A stretch of 64,000 bases of DNA from an uncultured delta proteobacterium (GTDB lineage: Bacteria; Desulfobacterota; BSN033; UBA1163). Of the stretch, positions 1 through 9,589 are shown in pieces. Each line of letters opens with the position of its first letter. Within the stretch, counting starts at the first letter, position 1. The translations under genes were made by a program, and so were the position numbers. Location of the stretch: contig CAWHBU010000002.1 in NCBI GenBank assembly GCA_963827685.1, positions 480,001 through 544,000 of the forward strand, read 5' to 3'. The notes beneath the pieces were generated by a model. The model did no database searches, was not told the DNA's origin, and saw only the letters and a list, made by a program, of their open reading frames with translations.

Positions 1-1
1 G

Positions 2-826
2 TTGGTCTTAACGGGGCTTTTTATCCTGGTGGGAACTGCCATCGGGGGAAGGAGCGGGGCGGTCTATGCTTTTATCTTTGCCGCCCTGATGAATTTTATC
101 ATGTACTGGTTTAGTGACAAAATCGTTCTTCGGATGTATGCTGCAAAACAGGTCTCACAAGGCGAGGCTCCTGAGCTTTATCAGATCGTTGGAGAGCTGG
201 TGAACAAAGCCAGCCTTCCTATGCCAAAAGTTTATATCATTGAAAATGACACCCCGAATGCTTTTGCAACAGGGAGGAATCCAGAGCATGCAGCCGTTGC
301 CGTGACATCAGGCATTCTTGGGATTCTGTCGAAAGAAGAGCTGATGGGAGTGATCGGCCATGAACTCTCCCATATTCAACACCGGGATATACTCATCAGC
401 ACGATTGCCGCCACGATTGCCGGCGCCATCAGCATGCTTGCCTCGATGGCCCGCTGGGGAGCGATCTTCGGTGTTGGACGGTCTGATGATGATGAAGGCG
501 GCGGTAATATCCTTTTCGTTCTCCTTTTTACGATGGTCGCCTCTATTGCAGCCATGCTGATTCAAATGGCGATTTCTCGCTCCAGGGAATACATGGCGGA
601 TGAGGGTGGAGCGCATCTTAGCCATCCCCTTTCCTTGGCAAAGGCTCTGGGAAAGTTAGAAGTAGCTGCGCAGAGGATTCCCATGGATGCCAATCCCTCC
701 ACTGCCCATATGTTTATCGTCAATCCGTTAAGAGGGGGAGGTGTTCTTTCCCTCTTCAGTACCCATCCACCGATTGAGGAACGTATCGCCAAACTTGAGG
801 AGATGGCGAGGACAGGAAGGTTTTGA
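2..826 (+). CDS. htpX: Zinc metalloprotease HtpX (M48), 5' end truncated by window edge
   Basis: [15 protein letters not shown] zinc motif, [15 protein letters not shown]. Confidence 0.95.
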   Translation: MVLTGLFILVGTAIGGRSGAVYAFIFAALMNFIMYWFSDKIVLRMYAAKQVSQGEAPELYQIVGELVNKASLPMPKVYIIENDTPNAFATGRNPEHAAVAVTSGILGILSKEELMGVIGHELSHIQHRDILISTIAATIAGAISMLASMARWGAIFGVGRSDDDEGGGNILFVLLFTMVASIAAMLIQMAISRSREYMADEGGAHLSHPLSLAKALGKLEVAAQRIPMDANPSTAHMFIVNPLRGGGVLSLFSTHPPIEERIAKLEEMARTGRF

Positions 827-2178
827 GAAAAAAGACCCCAAGGGCGATCTGCCTCGATATCCTGAATCGGGTTGAAGAGGCCGATCTTCACCCCGACCGT
901 CTTCTCACCGATTCATTCAAACGCTACCGATATTTTACCTCCCTTGATCGAGGTTTCCTTACAGAATTGACCTATGGTGTCATCCGCTGGAGAGGAAGAC
1001 TCGATTGGGTGATTCGATGTTTTTCTAAAATCCCTTTTGAAAGGATCGAATTAGAAACCCTCAATATCCTCCGCCTTGGACTCTATCAAATCTTTTTTTT
1101 GTCAAGAACTCCCTCTTCGGCAGCCGTGAACGAATCTGTCGAATTGGCGAAGCGAGTACGAGGAAAAGGAGGAGCAGGTTTTGTTAATGCGGTGCTTCGC
1201 TCTTCTATCCGCCAGAAAGATGAAATCCGGTATCCGGACATCGCTGAACATCCAGCGCTGCATATCTCTGTCGTCCAATCCCATCCTCTCTGGTTAGTTC
1301 AGAGATGGGTGAAGGAAATGGGTGTCGAAGAAGCCTTGAAGATCTGTAAGTTCGACAATCAGATCTCCTCGCTGACGCTCCGAACCAACACTTTGAAGAT
1401 AAGTCGGAGAGACCTTGTGAAAAAGTTGGAAGAAAAGGAGTTAAAGCCACTTCCGACCGCTTTTTCGGGAGAGGGGATTCTCCTTCAAGACCCTCCACCC
1501 ACTTCAGAGCTTCCGTTCATTAAAGAAGGTTTTTTTATCATTCAGGATGAAGCCTCGCAACTGGTCACCTCCGTTTTGGACCCGAAGCCGGGAGAGAAAA
1601 TTCTTGATGCCTGTGCTGCCCCGGGTGGAAAAACCACTCATATGGCCCAAATAATGGAGAACCGAGGAGAGATTTATGCCTTGGATCTCAGCAAAGGAAG
1701 ATTGGATTTAATTGAGGAGATGTGTCAAAGATTAGGGATAAAGATTGTTAAAACCACGAAGGGGGATGCCGTCAAATCTCTTCCTATTCCGCAGGGAGTG
1801 AAGTTCGACCGAATCCTGGCAGATGTCCCCTGTTCAGGATTTGGCACGCTTCGCAAGAACCCAGATTTGAAGTGGAGAGGAAGGGAGAAGGACATCAAGA
1901 GATTGAGTGAACTTCAGTTTTCAATATTGAGTAATCTTTCGATCTATGTTAAAGAGGGAGGCGTTCTAATCTATGGCACCTGTACGGTCTTCCATGAGGA
2001 GAATGAGGATGTGGTGGAGACATTTTTAGGAGGGCATCCGGAATTTGAAATCGATCGAATCGATAAAGTGCTTCCAGAAAAATGGCGCTCATTGATCCAA
2101 AACGGATATTTCAAAACCTTTCCCCCTAAAAATGAAATGGATGGTTTTTTTGTGGCGCGGTTAAGGAAAGAATCTTAA
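823..2178 (+). CDS. rsmB: 16S rRNA m5C967 methyltransferase RsmB/Sun
   Basis: N-terminal NusB-like domain ([10 protein letters not shown]), [24 protein letters not shown]. Confidence 0.95.
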   Translation: MRKKTPRAICLDILNRVEEADLHPDRLLTDSFKRYRYFTSLDRGFLTELTYGVIRWRGRLDWVIRCFSKIPFERIELETLNILRLGLYQIFFLSRTPSSAAVNESVELAKRVRGKGGAGFVNAVLRSSIRQKDEIRYPDIAEHPALHISVVQSHPLWLVQRWVKEMGVEEALKICKFDNQISSLTLRTNTLKISRRDLVKKLEEKELKPLPTAFSGEGILLQDPPPTSELPFIKEGFFIIQDEASQLVTSVLDPKPGEKILDACAAPGGKTTHMAQIMENRGEIYALDLSKGRLDLIEEMCQRLGIKIVKTTKGDAVKSLPIPQGVKFDRILADVPCSGFGTLRKNPDLKWRGREKDIKRLSELQFSILSNLSIYVKEGGVLIYGTCTVFHEENEDVVETFLGGHPEFEIDRIDKVLPEKWRSLIQNGYFKTFPPKNEMDGFFVARLRKES

Positions 2179-2198
2179 GCAAGAAATGAAGTGAATCA

Positions 2199-2816
2199 AT
2201 GGAAGAGATTCACCAATTGATTAAGGGATTGATCATCGGGTTATCCATTGCCGTACCGGTGGGGCCCATTGGGGTTTTGTGTATCCGACGTACATTGACC
2301 CAGGGTCGAATGGTGGGTTTTCTTTCAGGTCTGGGAGCGGCCACCGCGGATGGCTTGTACGGAGCCATTGCCGGGTTCGGACTAACCTTTCTGGTTAATT
2401 TTATAATCGGTAAGCAGATATGGCTTCGTCTGATCGGGGGCGGATTGCTTTGTATCTTGGGTGCCAAGACATTTATCTCCAAACCTGCCGAACAAGGAGC
2501 CTCCGTGGAAGGGAATAGCCTCTGGAATGCGTACCTCTCCACATTTTTTCTAACCCTTACCAATCCCATGACCATTCTCTTCTTTACAGCCGTCTTCGCG
2601 GGATTGGGAATCGGAAACACTGAAGGGGACTATGTCTCAGCAGGAATTTTGGTCTTGGGTGTTTTCATCGGTTCCGCTATGTGGTGGCTTGTTCTGAGCG
2701 GCTTTACCGGCATATTGGAGGGGTTGTTGAATTTTAAGAGAATGCAGTGGCTAAACAGAATTTCGGGTTTGATCATCATGGGTTTTGGCTTGTTTGCGTT
2801 CCTGGGTCTGCTCTGA
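2199..2816 (+). CDS. LysE family translocator
   Basis: AVPVGPIGVLCIRRTL, GAATADG, LTLTNP; hydrophobic helices. Confidence 0.9.
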   Translation: MEEIHQLIKGLIIGLSIAVPVGPIGVLCIRRTLTQGRMVGFLSGLGAATADGLYGAIAGFGLTFLVNFIIGKQIWLRLIGGGLLCILGAKTFISKPAEQGASVEGNSLWNAYLSTFFLTLTNPMTILFFTAVFAGLGIGNTEGDYVSAGILVLGVFIGSAMWWLVLSGFTGILEGLLNFKRMQWLNRISGLIIMGFGLFAFLGLL

Positions 2817-2944
2817 TGTGAAAGTGAGTTTAATTTCATTGAATAAGCATTGAGATTTTAATAATATTGTATGATAGATGTAGGATTGTAGGATGCGTTC
2901 CCAGAATGCAGCGTCATGGCTCGCAGGATGAACGGCAGGTTCGA

Positions 2945-3598
2945 TTGAAAAAGATAGCGCCGTCGATTTTATCGGCTGATTTTAGCCGCCTCGGTGATGA
3001 GGTAAGGGCGGTTGAAAAGGCTGGGGCGGATGTGATCCATGTCGATGTGATGGATGGGCATTTCGTTCCCAACATCACCATTGGTCCTTTAGTCGTGCAA
3101 GGATTGAAGAAGTTGACCTCTTTGCCTCTCGATGTCCATTTAATGATTGAGAACCCTGAGCGATATATCGAAGCTTTTGCCCAGGCGGGAAGCGATTGGA
3201 TTACGGTTCATGCTGAAGTTTGTCCCCATCTCAAGCGAATGATCAAGAAGATTCGTCAGTTGAAGGTGAGGCCGGGCATTGTGCTCAAACCAGCGACTTC
3301 GCTAAAAATCCTTTATCCCGTTCTTGATGAGATTGACTTAGTCCTTATCATGTCGGTCAATCCCGGGTTTGGTGGACAATCCTTTATTCCTTCCACCCTA
3401 AAAAAGATTGAACGATTGAGGAGAATCATTGATCAAAACCAGTATCCATTTGAAATTGAGGTGGATGGAGGAGTCAAAATTGAGAACATTGGAGGGGTTT
3501 CCAAAGCCGGTGGTGATATCTTCGTCGTCGGGACAGGAATCTTCAAGACCAAAGACTACGAAGAGACCATCCATACGCTAAGACAAGAAATAGCGTAA
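2945..3598 (+). CDS. rpe: Ribulose-phosphate 3-epimerase
   Basis: IAPSILSADF, HVDVMDGHFVPN, MSVNPGFGGQ, EVDGG; probable TTG start at 2945. Confidence 0.95.
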   Translation: MKKIAPSILSADFSRLGDEVRAVEKAGADVIHVDVMDGHFVPNITIGPLVVQGLKKLTSLPLDVHLMIENPERYIEAFAQAGSDWITVHAEVCPHLKRMIKKIRQLKVRPGIVLKPATSLKILYPVLDEIDLVLIMSVNPGFGGQSFIPSTLKKIERLRRIIDQNQYPFEIEVDGGVKIENIGGVSKAGGDIFVVGTGIFKTKDYEETIHTLRQEIA

Positions 3599-3689
3599 TG
3601 ATTGCGGATTGCGGAATGCGGATTTCGGAATTTCTTATTAAGTGCTCTTAAGCGCTATGCGCTTTGCCCTATGCGCTCTGCGTTTTTCA
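3599..3689. repeat. Heptamer tandem-repeat element: (ATTGCGG)n ... (GCGCTAT)n
   Basis: attgcggattgcggaatgcggatttcgg then gcgctatgcgctttgccctatgcgctctgcg; homologous copy at ~17363-17455. Confidence 0.8.
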
Positions 3690-3696
3690 GGATAGG

Positions 3697-4323
3697 ATGG
3701 AACTCTCCAAACAGAAAAATTACCAACAATCCTTTGATTTGGCCTGTGCCTCTATCAAGGGGATGAATCTGGCAGAGAGGGCAAAGAAGGCTGGAGCAGA
3801 TTATCAAAAAGGAGAAGAGGGAGAAAACATCACCATCCTTTTTTTCTCAGAGCCCTATCATATTCGGTTTCCTCCAATAGAATTCTATTCTCCATCTAAA
3901 AAGGTGGTTTCTCTGGTTACTCGCATCCTCCTCCTCCATTATCTTATCCGTGCCGATGGGAATCCTCTCACCGGCAAATGGGTGGCGTACAAAGATATTC
4001 CGGGTGGACTTCTTTATGCGGGTGTTTTTGCGAGAAGGGTAACGGAACCTTTACAGAGGAAATTTGGGAAATCCGCCGAATCCTTTAAGAAGGCTGGTAT
4101 CCAATCGGGAGGAAGACCAGTTGAGGTTGGGGATGCTTCTTTCATCCTTTATGCTTTCCCCTATGTCCCTCTTCAATATGTCCTTTGGGAGGGGGACGAA
4201 GAGTTTCCGCCGTCGGTCCAGCTTCTCTTCGACGCGTCTGTGGACCATTATCTTACTTTAGAAGATATTGTCGTCCTCGGGCAGGTAACGGCTGGCAGAT
4301 TGATCAACCGTTCTGGACTCTAA
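3697..4323 (+). CDS. DUF3786 family protein
   Basis: ILLLHYL, WVAYKDIPGG, LWEGDEEFPP..LLFD..LTLED pattern. Confidence 0.75.
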   Translation: MELSKQKNYQQSFDLACASIKGMNLAERAKKAGADYQKGEEGENITILFFSEPYHIRFPPIEFYSPSKKVVSLVTRILLLHYLIRADGNPLTGKWVAYKDIPGGLLYAGVFARRVTEPLQRKFGKSAESFKKAGIQSGGRPVEVGDASFILYAFPYVPLQYVLWEGDEEFPPSVQLLFDASVDHYLTLEDIVVLGQVTAGRLINRSGL

Positions 4324-4381
4324 ATCTTAGGATTTTTCGCTAATCGAGAAGGAAGGCCTGAATTAGTCCAGAGCCATATTT

Positions 4382-5284
4382 ATGGAGAAAAAAATGGAAG
4401 AAGTCATTTATCTCGAGAGACCAAATCTTAGTAGACCGTATTTGATTATCGGGTTTGAGGGATGGCCCAATGCAGGAGAAGTCTCCTCTTTTGCCCTTCG
4501 GCATCTGGTCGACAGTTTAGGGGCAAAACAATTCGCCTCCATTCCGACAGAGAATTTTTACCAAATCTCTTCCTTGCGACCGATGGCAGTTATCAAGGAG
4601 GGGAAGTTGATGGAATTGAAGTCCCCGGGGAATCATTTTTACTATGTAAAAGGCTCTCTTTTTAATGACCTCATCCTCTTTTACGGGGTGGAACCTCATC
4701 TTCGATGGGATGTCTTTGCTGACCTTATTCTCGATTTGGCTGAGAGATTTGATGTCATGCGACTCTTTACCATCGGCGGTACGTATGATTACATCCCTCA
4801 CACCTATCCTCCGATGGTCAGTGCTCTGTTCAATCACGAAGAACTGAGAGAAAAGGTGATCCAGGCTGGGCTGGGGTTGACGGAATACTCCGGGCCCATC
4901 AGCATCCACACGTTCATGCTCGAGGCTGCTAGAAAGAGGGGTTTAAAGGCGATCAGCCTCTGGGGCCATGCCCCACAATATCTTCAGACCAGGAATGTAA
5001 AAGTGGTCTGCGCCGTTCTGAAAAAGCTGATTGATTTGACCAAGATAGAGGTTGATCTCTCCGAGATTGAAAAGGCCAGCGAATATTTTGATCAGCAGGT
5101 CAACCATTTGCTGGAGGAGGATCCGAAGCTCCAAGAGGTGATTAGCAAATTAGAAGAACTCTATAAACGATCCGAAAAGATTCCTCAGCCGACAGGAAGG
5201 GAAGAGGGCGTGAAAGAAGATAAGGTGGTTTACATTCAGGCCTTCCTTAAGAAATTGGAGGATGAAGAGAAAAAAGAAGGGTGA
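4382..5284 (+). CDS. PAC2 (proteasome assembly chaperone-like) family protein
   Basis: GFEGWPNAGE, GVEPHLRW, IPHT, YSGP, SLWGHAPQYL. Confidence 0.85.
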   Translation: MEKKMEEVIYLERPNLSRPYLIIGFEGWPNAGEVSSFALRHLVDSLGAKQFASIPTENFYQISSLRPMAVIKEGKLMELKSPGNHFYYVKGSLFNDLILFYGVEPHLRWDVFADLILDLAERFDVMRLFTIGGTYDYIPHTYPPMVSALFNHEELREKVIQAGLGLTEYSGPISIHTFMLEAARKRGLKAISLWGHAPQYLQTRNVKVVCAVLKKLIDLTKIEVDLSEIEKASEYFDQQVNHLLEEDPKLQEVISKLEELYKRSEKIPQPTGREEGVKEDKVVYIQAFLKKLEDEEKKEG

Positions 5285-5342
5285 CTCTTCGTCACTCCTG
5301 CCCCTCTGTCCCTGTTGAGACTGTGCCCGCGATCCTCCTTTT

Positions 5343-5507
5343 TGTCATTGCGAGCGATCCCGCCTTAGCGGGGGAGCGTGCCTGCACGCCGAAGTGCCTG
5401 TCGAAACGCTTTCGTGTAGGTAGGGTTACGGCACGCAGGCGTGGCAATCTCTTCGTTTTCAACTCGTCCTGAGATTGCTTCGGTCGTTTTACTCCCTCGC
5501 AATGACA
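5343..5507. repeat. REP/RPE-like palindromic element TGTCATTGCGAG...CTCGCAATGACA with nested hairpins
   Basis: 12-bp perfect terminal inverted repeat; internal GCAATCTC/GAGATTGC stem; lies between convergent genes. Confidence 0.8.
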
Positions 5508-5527
5508 GGGTGAGGTAATATCAATTT

Positions 5528-5926
5528 CTATTTTGCCTTTCTTGCTGGCGGGGCGGCAAATTCCACGACGGTATAGGCCAATGCCCAGCACTCCTGTTCA
5601 GAATACTGAGTCCATGCGATCATCGAAGAATTGGGAATTCCCTTCGAGATCACTTCAAAGACCTTTTCAATGTTTCCTTTTGCAGTAGGCCATTCTTTCA
5701 AAGGTTTTTGGAAATCGGTTGGCGGAGGCTTGAGGACAGCTCCGGCTGGGCCCTTTCCGTCTCCTTTACTGCCATGACAGGGGAGGCAGGTCTGCTCAAA
5801 AAGTTTCTTACCTTGCTTTAGCAGTTCAGGGGTCTTCTTTGGAGGCCCCGGGTCTTTTGCGAGAGCCGTACCCAGAATGAAAAAAAGAAAAGATCCAGCA
5901 ATCATTAGCCATAATATCTTTCTCAT
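5528..5926 (-). CDS. Periplasmic monoheme cytochrome c
   Basis: Signal peptide, CLPCH heme motif, GDGKGP, distal Met (SSMIAW). Confidence 0.9.
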   Translation of the reverse strand: MRKILWLMIAGSFLFFILGTALAKDPGPPKKTPELLKQGKKLFEQTCLPCHGSKGDGKGPAGAVLKPPPTDFQKPLKEWPTAKGNIEKVFEVISKGIPNSSMIAWTQYSEQECWALAYTVVEFAAPPARKAK

Positions 5927-5986
5927 TTTTGCCTCCTTGGTGATTAGACTTTTCTTAATATGCTTTTTGGGGTAGTGGTGACCCGG

Positions 5987-6070
5987 TCAAACGCGGCGCT
6001 TTATGTCAGCAGGGAGGATACGAAACTCTTTAGCCGCTGAGTCAACGAACTCAACGCTGTACTCAGCCAC
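5987..6070 (-). pseudogene. Truncated RelE/StbE-family toxin (N-terminal 27 aa only)
   Basis: GTG start immediately after the antitoxin stop; hand translation MAEYSVEFVDSAAKEFRILPADIKRRV* resembles RelE N-termini. Confidence 0.7.
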
Positions 6071-6071
6071 T

Positions 6072-6254
6072 TCAGCGCTCCCCTTGCTCCATCTCTGCCT
6101 TCAGCTTACTCCAGGGCACCGTGGCTTCGTTCTTTCGGGACTCAGAGACCAAGACATCGTAGAAGTCCTCCCACAGCTTTCCCCACTCCTCAAGATCAAT
6201 CAGGACCGCTTTCTTTTTGCCAGAATCATCAACCACGAACTGAACTCCTTTCAT
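6072..6254 (-). CDS. Putative type II antitoxin (60 aa)
   Basis: MKGVQFVVDDSGKKKAVLIDLEEW...VPWSKLK, acidic; RBS GAAGGAGG; directly upstream of the RelE-like fragment. Confidence 0.7.
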   Translation of the reverse strand: MKGVQFVVDDSGKKKAVLIDLEEWGKLWEDFYDVLVSESRKNEATVPWSKLKAEMEQGER

Positions 6255-6376
6255 TGAACCCTCCTTCTCGCATGTTGACCTACTGTCGTCTATTATACAA
6301 AGAAGCAGCACAGTGTCTCAAATAAATTATCCACAAGTGAGGAGGATAAAGGACCGGCTAAAGAGGAGAAAATAAA

Positions 6377-6400
6377 AATTTCCCTGTTTGCATAGAAGGC
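6377..6400 (-). repeat. Intergenic spacer repeat, copy A (hairpin part only)
   Basis: aatttccctgtttgcatagaaggc; 18/24 identical to 8629-8652. Confidence 0.55.
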
Positions 6401-6430
6401 GGCAGGGAATTAGCCAAAAGACACGTTATT

Positions 6431-6449
6431 CTGGAGCATCTTGTTGGGT
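6431..6449 (-). other. Partial integron attC-like left arm (R''-L'')
   Basis: Minus strand ACCCAAC-AAGATGCTCCAG, 6 bp after the stop of 6456-7205; right arm absent. Confidence 0.45.
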
Positions 6450-6455
6450 CATCCC

Positions 6456-7205
6456 CTATTCGATCAAATCTCTGTCATCACGTGAGAACTCGACGGGGAC
6501 CGCCTTGAGCCCCAGTCTATCAAGGGCCTCCCTCGTCCCCCTGACGCATGTGTCCGGAGTATGGGGAGCGAGCACCACGGACACAATCAGGTCCGCAAGG
6601 GACACCGGGAGTGAAACATGGTCTGGTATCGGCAGCATCATGTTAGGCCAGTATACGATTCTGAGCTCGTTGTCGAGTCGGAAGTGAAGATCCTTATAGA
6701 AAAAGATTCCCGGCGTTCTGGAGTAGTTGATGGGCTGTCCCCCAGCGTGGTCAAAGTATCTTACGAGCGATATGTCCAGGGGCCAGAACATAGGCGCTTT
6801 GTCACACAGATGCTGCAAACGCCTCACTGTGCTTCTTATTGCTACTCCTGGCGGATTCCTTATATAGGCCTTCCACATTAGATCCAGGTCGCAATCGCTG
6901 ACACACCAGCAACTTATGTATGTCCGGTTTCTATCTCGAATCCGTTTCTGTCGTTCTGTTTCAATCACTTTCGGGGCCCCTACAGATTCAAGCCAGGCAC
7001 CCATGTCAAGCAGTTGCACTCTAGAGTAAGTTCCTTCAAATCTGTCTTGCAAACGGTCTGCCCTGCAAAGATAGAGGGTACTCTTCTTAAGAAGCGATTC
7101 AAATTTCCAGTAGTCCATGTATCTCCAGACGGAAGCATCAAGGTTGTGCGGTAGCTTACATGCAGGATTAACTTCCCTCGGTATTTTCAGGTATTCATCG
7201 CCCAT
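6456..7205 (-). CDS. DUF2971-like protein
   Basis: VWRYMD..KF..LL...LY..R.D...D.FEG; YISCW; MWKAY; GVAIRS; K...F..DNELR. Confidence 0.65.
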   Translation of the reverse strand: MGDEYLKIPREVNPACKLPHNLDASVWRYMDYWKFESLLKKSTLYLCRADRLQDRFEGTYSRVQLLDMGAWLESVGAPKVIETERQKRIRDRNRTYISCWCVSDCDLDLMWKAYIRNPPGVAIRSTVRRLQHLCDKAPMFWPLDISLVRYFDHAGGQPINYSRTPGIFFYKDLHFRLDNELRIVYWPNMMLPIPDHVSLPVSLADLIVSVVLAPHTPDTCVRGTREALDRLGLKAVPVEFSRDDRDLIE

Positions 7206-7249
7206 TTAAGTCCAACCCGTCATTGCATTTTTTTATTTCCGCAACAATT

Positions 7250-7318
7250 TTATGTCTGGTCACAGGAAGTTGTCAATTGCGAGGGTGAATAAGAATATCG
7301 TCTTTTTACGCAGAAGGC
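7250..7318 (-). promoter_or_regulatory. Spacer repeat copy B with sigma70-like promoter
   Basis: Minus strand hairpin, then TTGACA-N18-TAAAAT (the -10 extends a few bases below 7250); 23/29 identical to 8592-8620. Confidence 0.65.
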
Positions 7319-7339
7319 GACAGCATTGGCAAAGCTAGA

Positions 7340-8542
7340 TTATTGGTTGAAGGGGAACAGCCATTCGCCCTCTTCGGAGTAGTTGAAGCTTTTATCATAC
7401 CCAAATTCCCTCCAGATGTAGTCAAACATCGGACGAACAGCTTTTGCCACATCGTGCTTAGTTTCTAAATGCGTATCCTTCGGAACATGGTGCAGTAGAG
7501 GGCGGATGTCTTCGCTTTGGGATACTCGTCCAGATATTCGCTCTGTGCGCATGGAGTATCCCCGTATGTTGAGAAGGGCAGTATGGATGAAGAAGGGGCC
7601 TGAAACACCGGATTCCTTAAGAGAGGTCAAATAACGGTGAAAGGTAGTAATGATCTTACATTCGTACGCAATGTTGGGAATGTCGTAGCGGTTCTCCTGC
7701 ATATCGTAGTGGCTCTGCAGCATGGATGAATTGTACGCTTTGACCTGCCCTAGACCTGTAACCTCAGTCACCGCATATGGCACACGGTAATTGGTTTCGC
7801 ATGCAAACGTAAAGTTTGAACGGCCACTGATCTCCGAACTCAAGCTGCCAGAAGAGTAGTATATCGGTTCGAATAGGGTGTTGAAATTTCCGGACAAACT
7901 GCTTAGGTCCAGTTTAATCGAGGGAACTTCGGGAACAATAACAAGAGCACAGATGCCCTTGTCCTCGATTCCCTTGAAGTACTTCTTGCTCTTTAAGGCG
8001 GCATAGTATCCGTCAATTATCTCCTGCACTTCTTCTTTTCTGGTTGACGGGCCACTGCTACGGAAGAATGTTTCAACGTCGGAGCTCTCCATTGCAATCG
8101 TGATTGTGCGAGTGCGCCTGTAGTATCGATTATCATCGTATTTCACTTGGTGAAGGTAGCGATCTGGCTCGATCTTCAAGATGAGAACCTTTAGGCCATT
8201 GCAAAGAGGGACCTCTCTATCGAAAAGATTCTGGACTCGTGGCGAAATGCCGCTGGTTAGGATCTGGAAGATCTGCTGTTTTACGGCGTCGTCAAATTGG
8301 ATGCCAGATATGCTCGTAGGTATGCCGTTGGTTTCAGCGATGCCGAAAAACAAATAACCTCCCTGCGAATTAGCGAGTGCACTGATGTCTTTGCAGAGCT
8401 CCCGCTTTTCTTTCTCCGTATTCATCTTGAGTTCAATTTTGTATTCGATGTGTGCACTTTCTGGTACATGAAGCAAGACAAGCGACTGGAGATGATTTTC
8501 AGCGATCTCGTGAAGGGGAATACCGTCAAGTACTTGTACCAT
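7340..8542 (-). CDS. Schlafen AlbA_2 domain protein with uncharacterised C-terminal domain
   Basis: ESAHIEYK, KDISALANSQGGYLFFGIAE, YYRR. Confidence 0.85.
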   Translation of the reverse strand: MVQVLDGIPLHEIAENHLQSLVLLHVPESAHIEYKIELKMNTEKEKRELCKDISALANSQGGYLFFGIAETNGIPTSISGIQFDDAVKQQIFQILTSGISPRVQNLFDREVPLCNGLKVLILKIEPDRYLHQVKYDDNRYYRRTRTITIAMESSDVETFFRSSGPSTRKEEVQEIIDGYYAALKSKKYFKGIEDKGICALVIVPEVPSIKLDLSSLSGNFNTLFEPIYYSSGSLSSEISGRSNFTFACETNYRVPYAVTEVTGLGQVKAYNSSMLQSHYDMQENRYDIPNIAYECKIITTFHRYLTSLKESGVSGPFFIHTALLNIRGYSMRTERISGRVSQSEDIRPLLHHVPKDTHLETKHDVAKAVRPMFDYIWREFGYDKSFNYSEEGEWLFPFNQ

Positions 8543-8591
8543 CTCAGACTTCCTTTCTCATTGAAAGCCTAACAGTGTATTTTCTTTTCTA

Positions 8592-8652
8592 TTATGCCTA
8601 GTCAGAGGAAATAATCAATTCCTTTATAAATGTCGCCTTTTACACAGAAGGC
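8592..8652 (-). promoter_or_regulatory. Spacer repeat copy C with sigma70-like promoter
   Basis: Minus strand GCCTT-ctgtgtaa-AAGGC hairpin, then TTGATT-N16-CATAAT; GTTAGGC follows at 8567-8573. Confidence 0.6.
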
Positions 8653-8692
8653 AAAGGACTTTGAGGCTTTCACCTGCAAGGGTCAGTTTTCA

Positions 8693-8767
8693 GTGTAACA
8701 GGACGCACGAGGCGTTTGATAGGCTGCACCGCGGGACGCCAAATCGCTCTCCATGCGCTTGCGGGGC
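8693..8767 (-). other. Degenerate integron attC-like site
   Basis: Minus strand AAGCGCATGGAGAGCGATTTGG...TCAAACGCCTCGTGCG-TCCT-GTTACAC; imperfect stem with unpaired bases on the left arm, directly after a stop codon; R'' degenerate. Confidence 0.6.
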
Positions 8768-9589
8768 TCACTTTTGTTCTTCGATCTCGACAATACCTGG
8801 GAAACGTTCGCAGAGGAACTCCAAGTAGGCGGCTGTGTTCTTGGCTTTCTGGATTTCTCGATCAGATATAGATTTCCGATGCTTTCGAAAACTGTCGAGG
8901 ACAATCTGGTACAGGACACCACGCCATCTTCGTGACGATGTTCCTTTGACTGCAAGAAAGTTCAGAGTCCTCAATGGTTCATTCACTTTCTCACGGGGCA
9001 CCTGGTACCGCAGTAAGGAGACATCCAAGAGGAGCCGCACCGTCTGATCACTGGCAGAGTGCTCCGTGATTCTCTGCAATTCTTGAAAGGCCTGTTCAGT
9101 CATTACGGAACCTGCAAACTCCAATTCGTTCGCCAGCTTGTAGGCATCCAATATTGCTCTTCCTGCGAAACAGGTTTTCCTCGAAACATAGTTTCCATAC
9201 GTGATGGCGCCCCGTAGTGGTAAGCCCTGCTCAAACATGTATTTGCAGAGGATTTGCGCCGAAAGGATCAAAGCATGCCAACTTCGGATATTGTCGGTTA
9301 GATCCCCTCCTGGCTCGATTGGATTCATCAGTATTATCGTATCTGAAAACGCGGCCCAAGCCACTCTTTCGATATAACGAACAAAGAGAATGGCTTCTTG
9401 GTCATCGGAACCAGCGGTCTCACGAACATACTTGATGACGGTTTCTTCAGCATCGACAATTCTGTCGACAACCAAAGCCGCCGCTTTGACCGAATCATTG
9501 TTCTCAAGAAAGCTTTGGTAACCAAGTATGTCAAACAGTCCTAGTATGCCTGTCTGCACCGTTGACGACGCAGTTTTCATTGTCTGCAT
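8768..9589 (-). CDS. Class III nucleotide cyclase-like protein
   Basis: LFDILGY, AFSDTII, LRGAITYG, GRAILDAY align with adenylate/guanylate cyclase core motifs; start uncertain (9580/9589/9604). Confidence 0.65.
   Translation of the reverse strand: MQTMKTASSTVQTGILGLFDILGYQSFLENNDSVKAAALVVDRIVDAEETVIKYVRETAGSDDQEAILFVRYIERVAWAAFSDTIILMNPIEPGGDLTDNIRSWHALILSAQILCKYMFEQGLPLRGAITYGNYVSRKTCFAGRAILDAYKLANELEFAGSVMTEQAFQELQRITEHSASDQTVRLLLDVSLLRYQVPREKVNEPLRTLNFLAVKGTSSRRWRGVLYQIVLDSFRKHRKSISDREIQKAKNTAAYLEFLCERFPGIVEIEEQK

Noticed and set aside
5281-5591. Short ORFs over the palindromic repeat (similar cases at 40576-40807, 56786-57039, 61150-61461)
   Set aside because: Translations of repeat DNA with no protein-like features.
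5927-6070. TGA read-through (selenocysteine) fusing the RelE fragment to cytochrome c, which is in frame
   Set aside because: Cytochrome c has its own RBS and signal peptide, the linker is not RelE-like, and no convincing SECIS is present.
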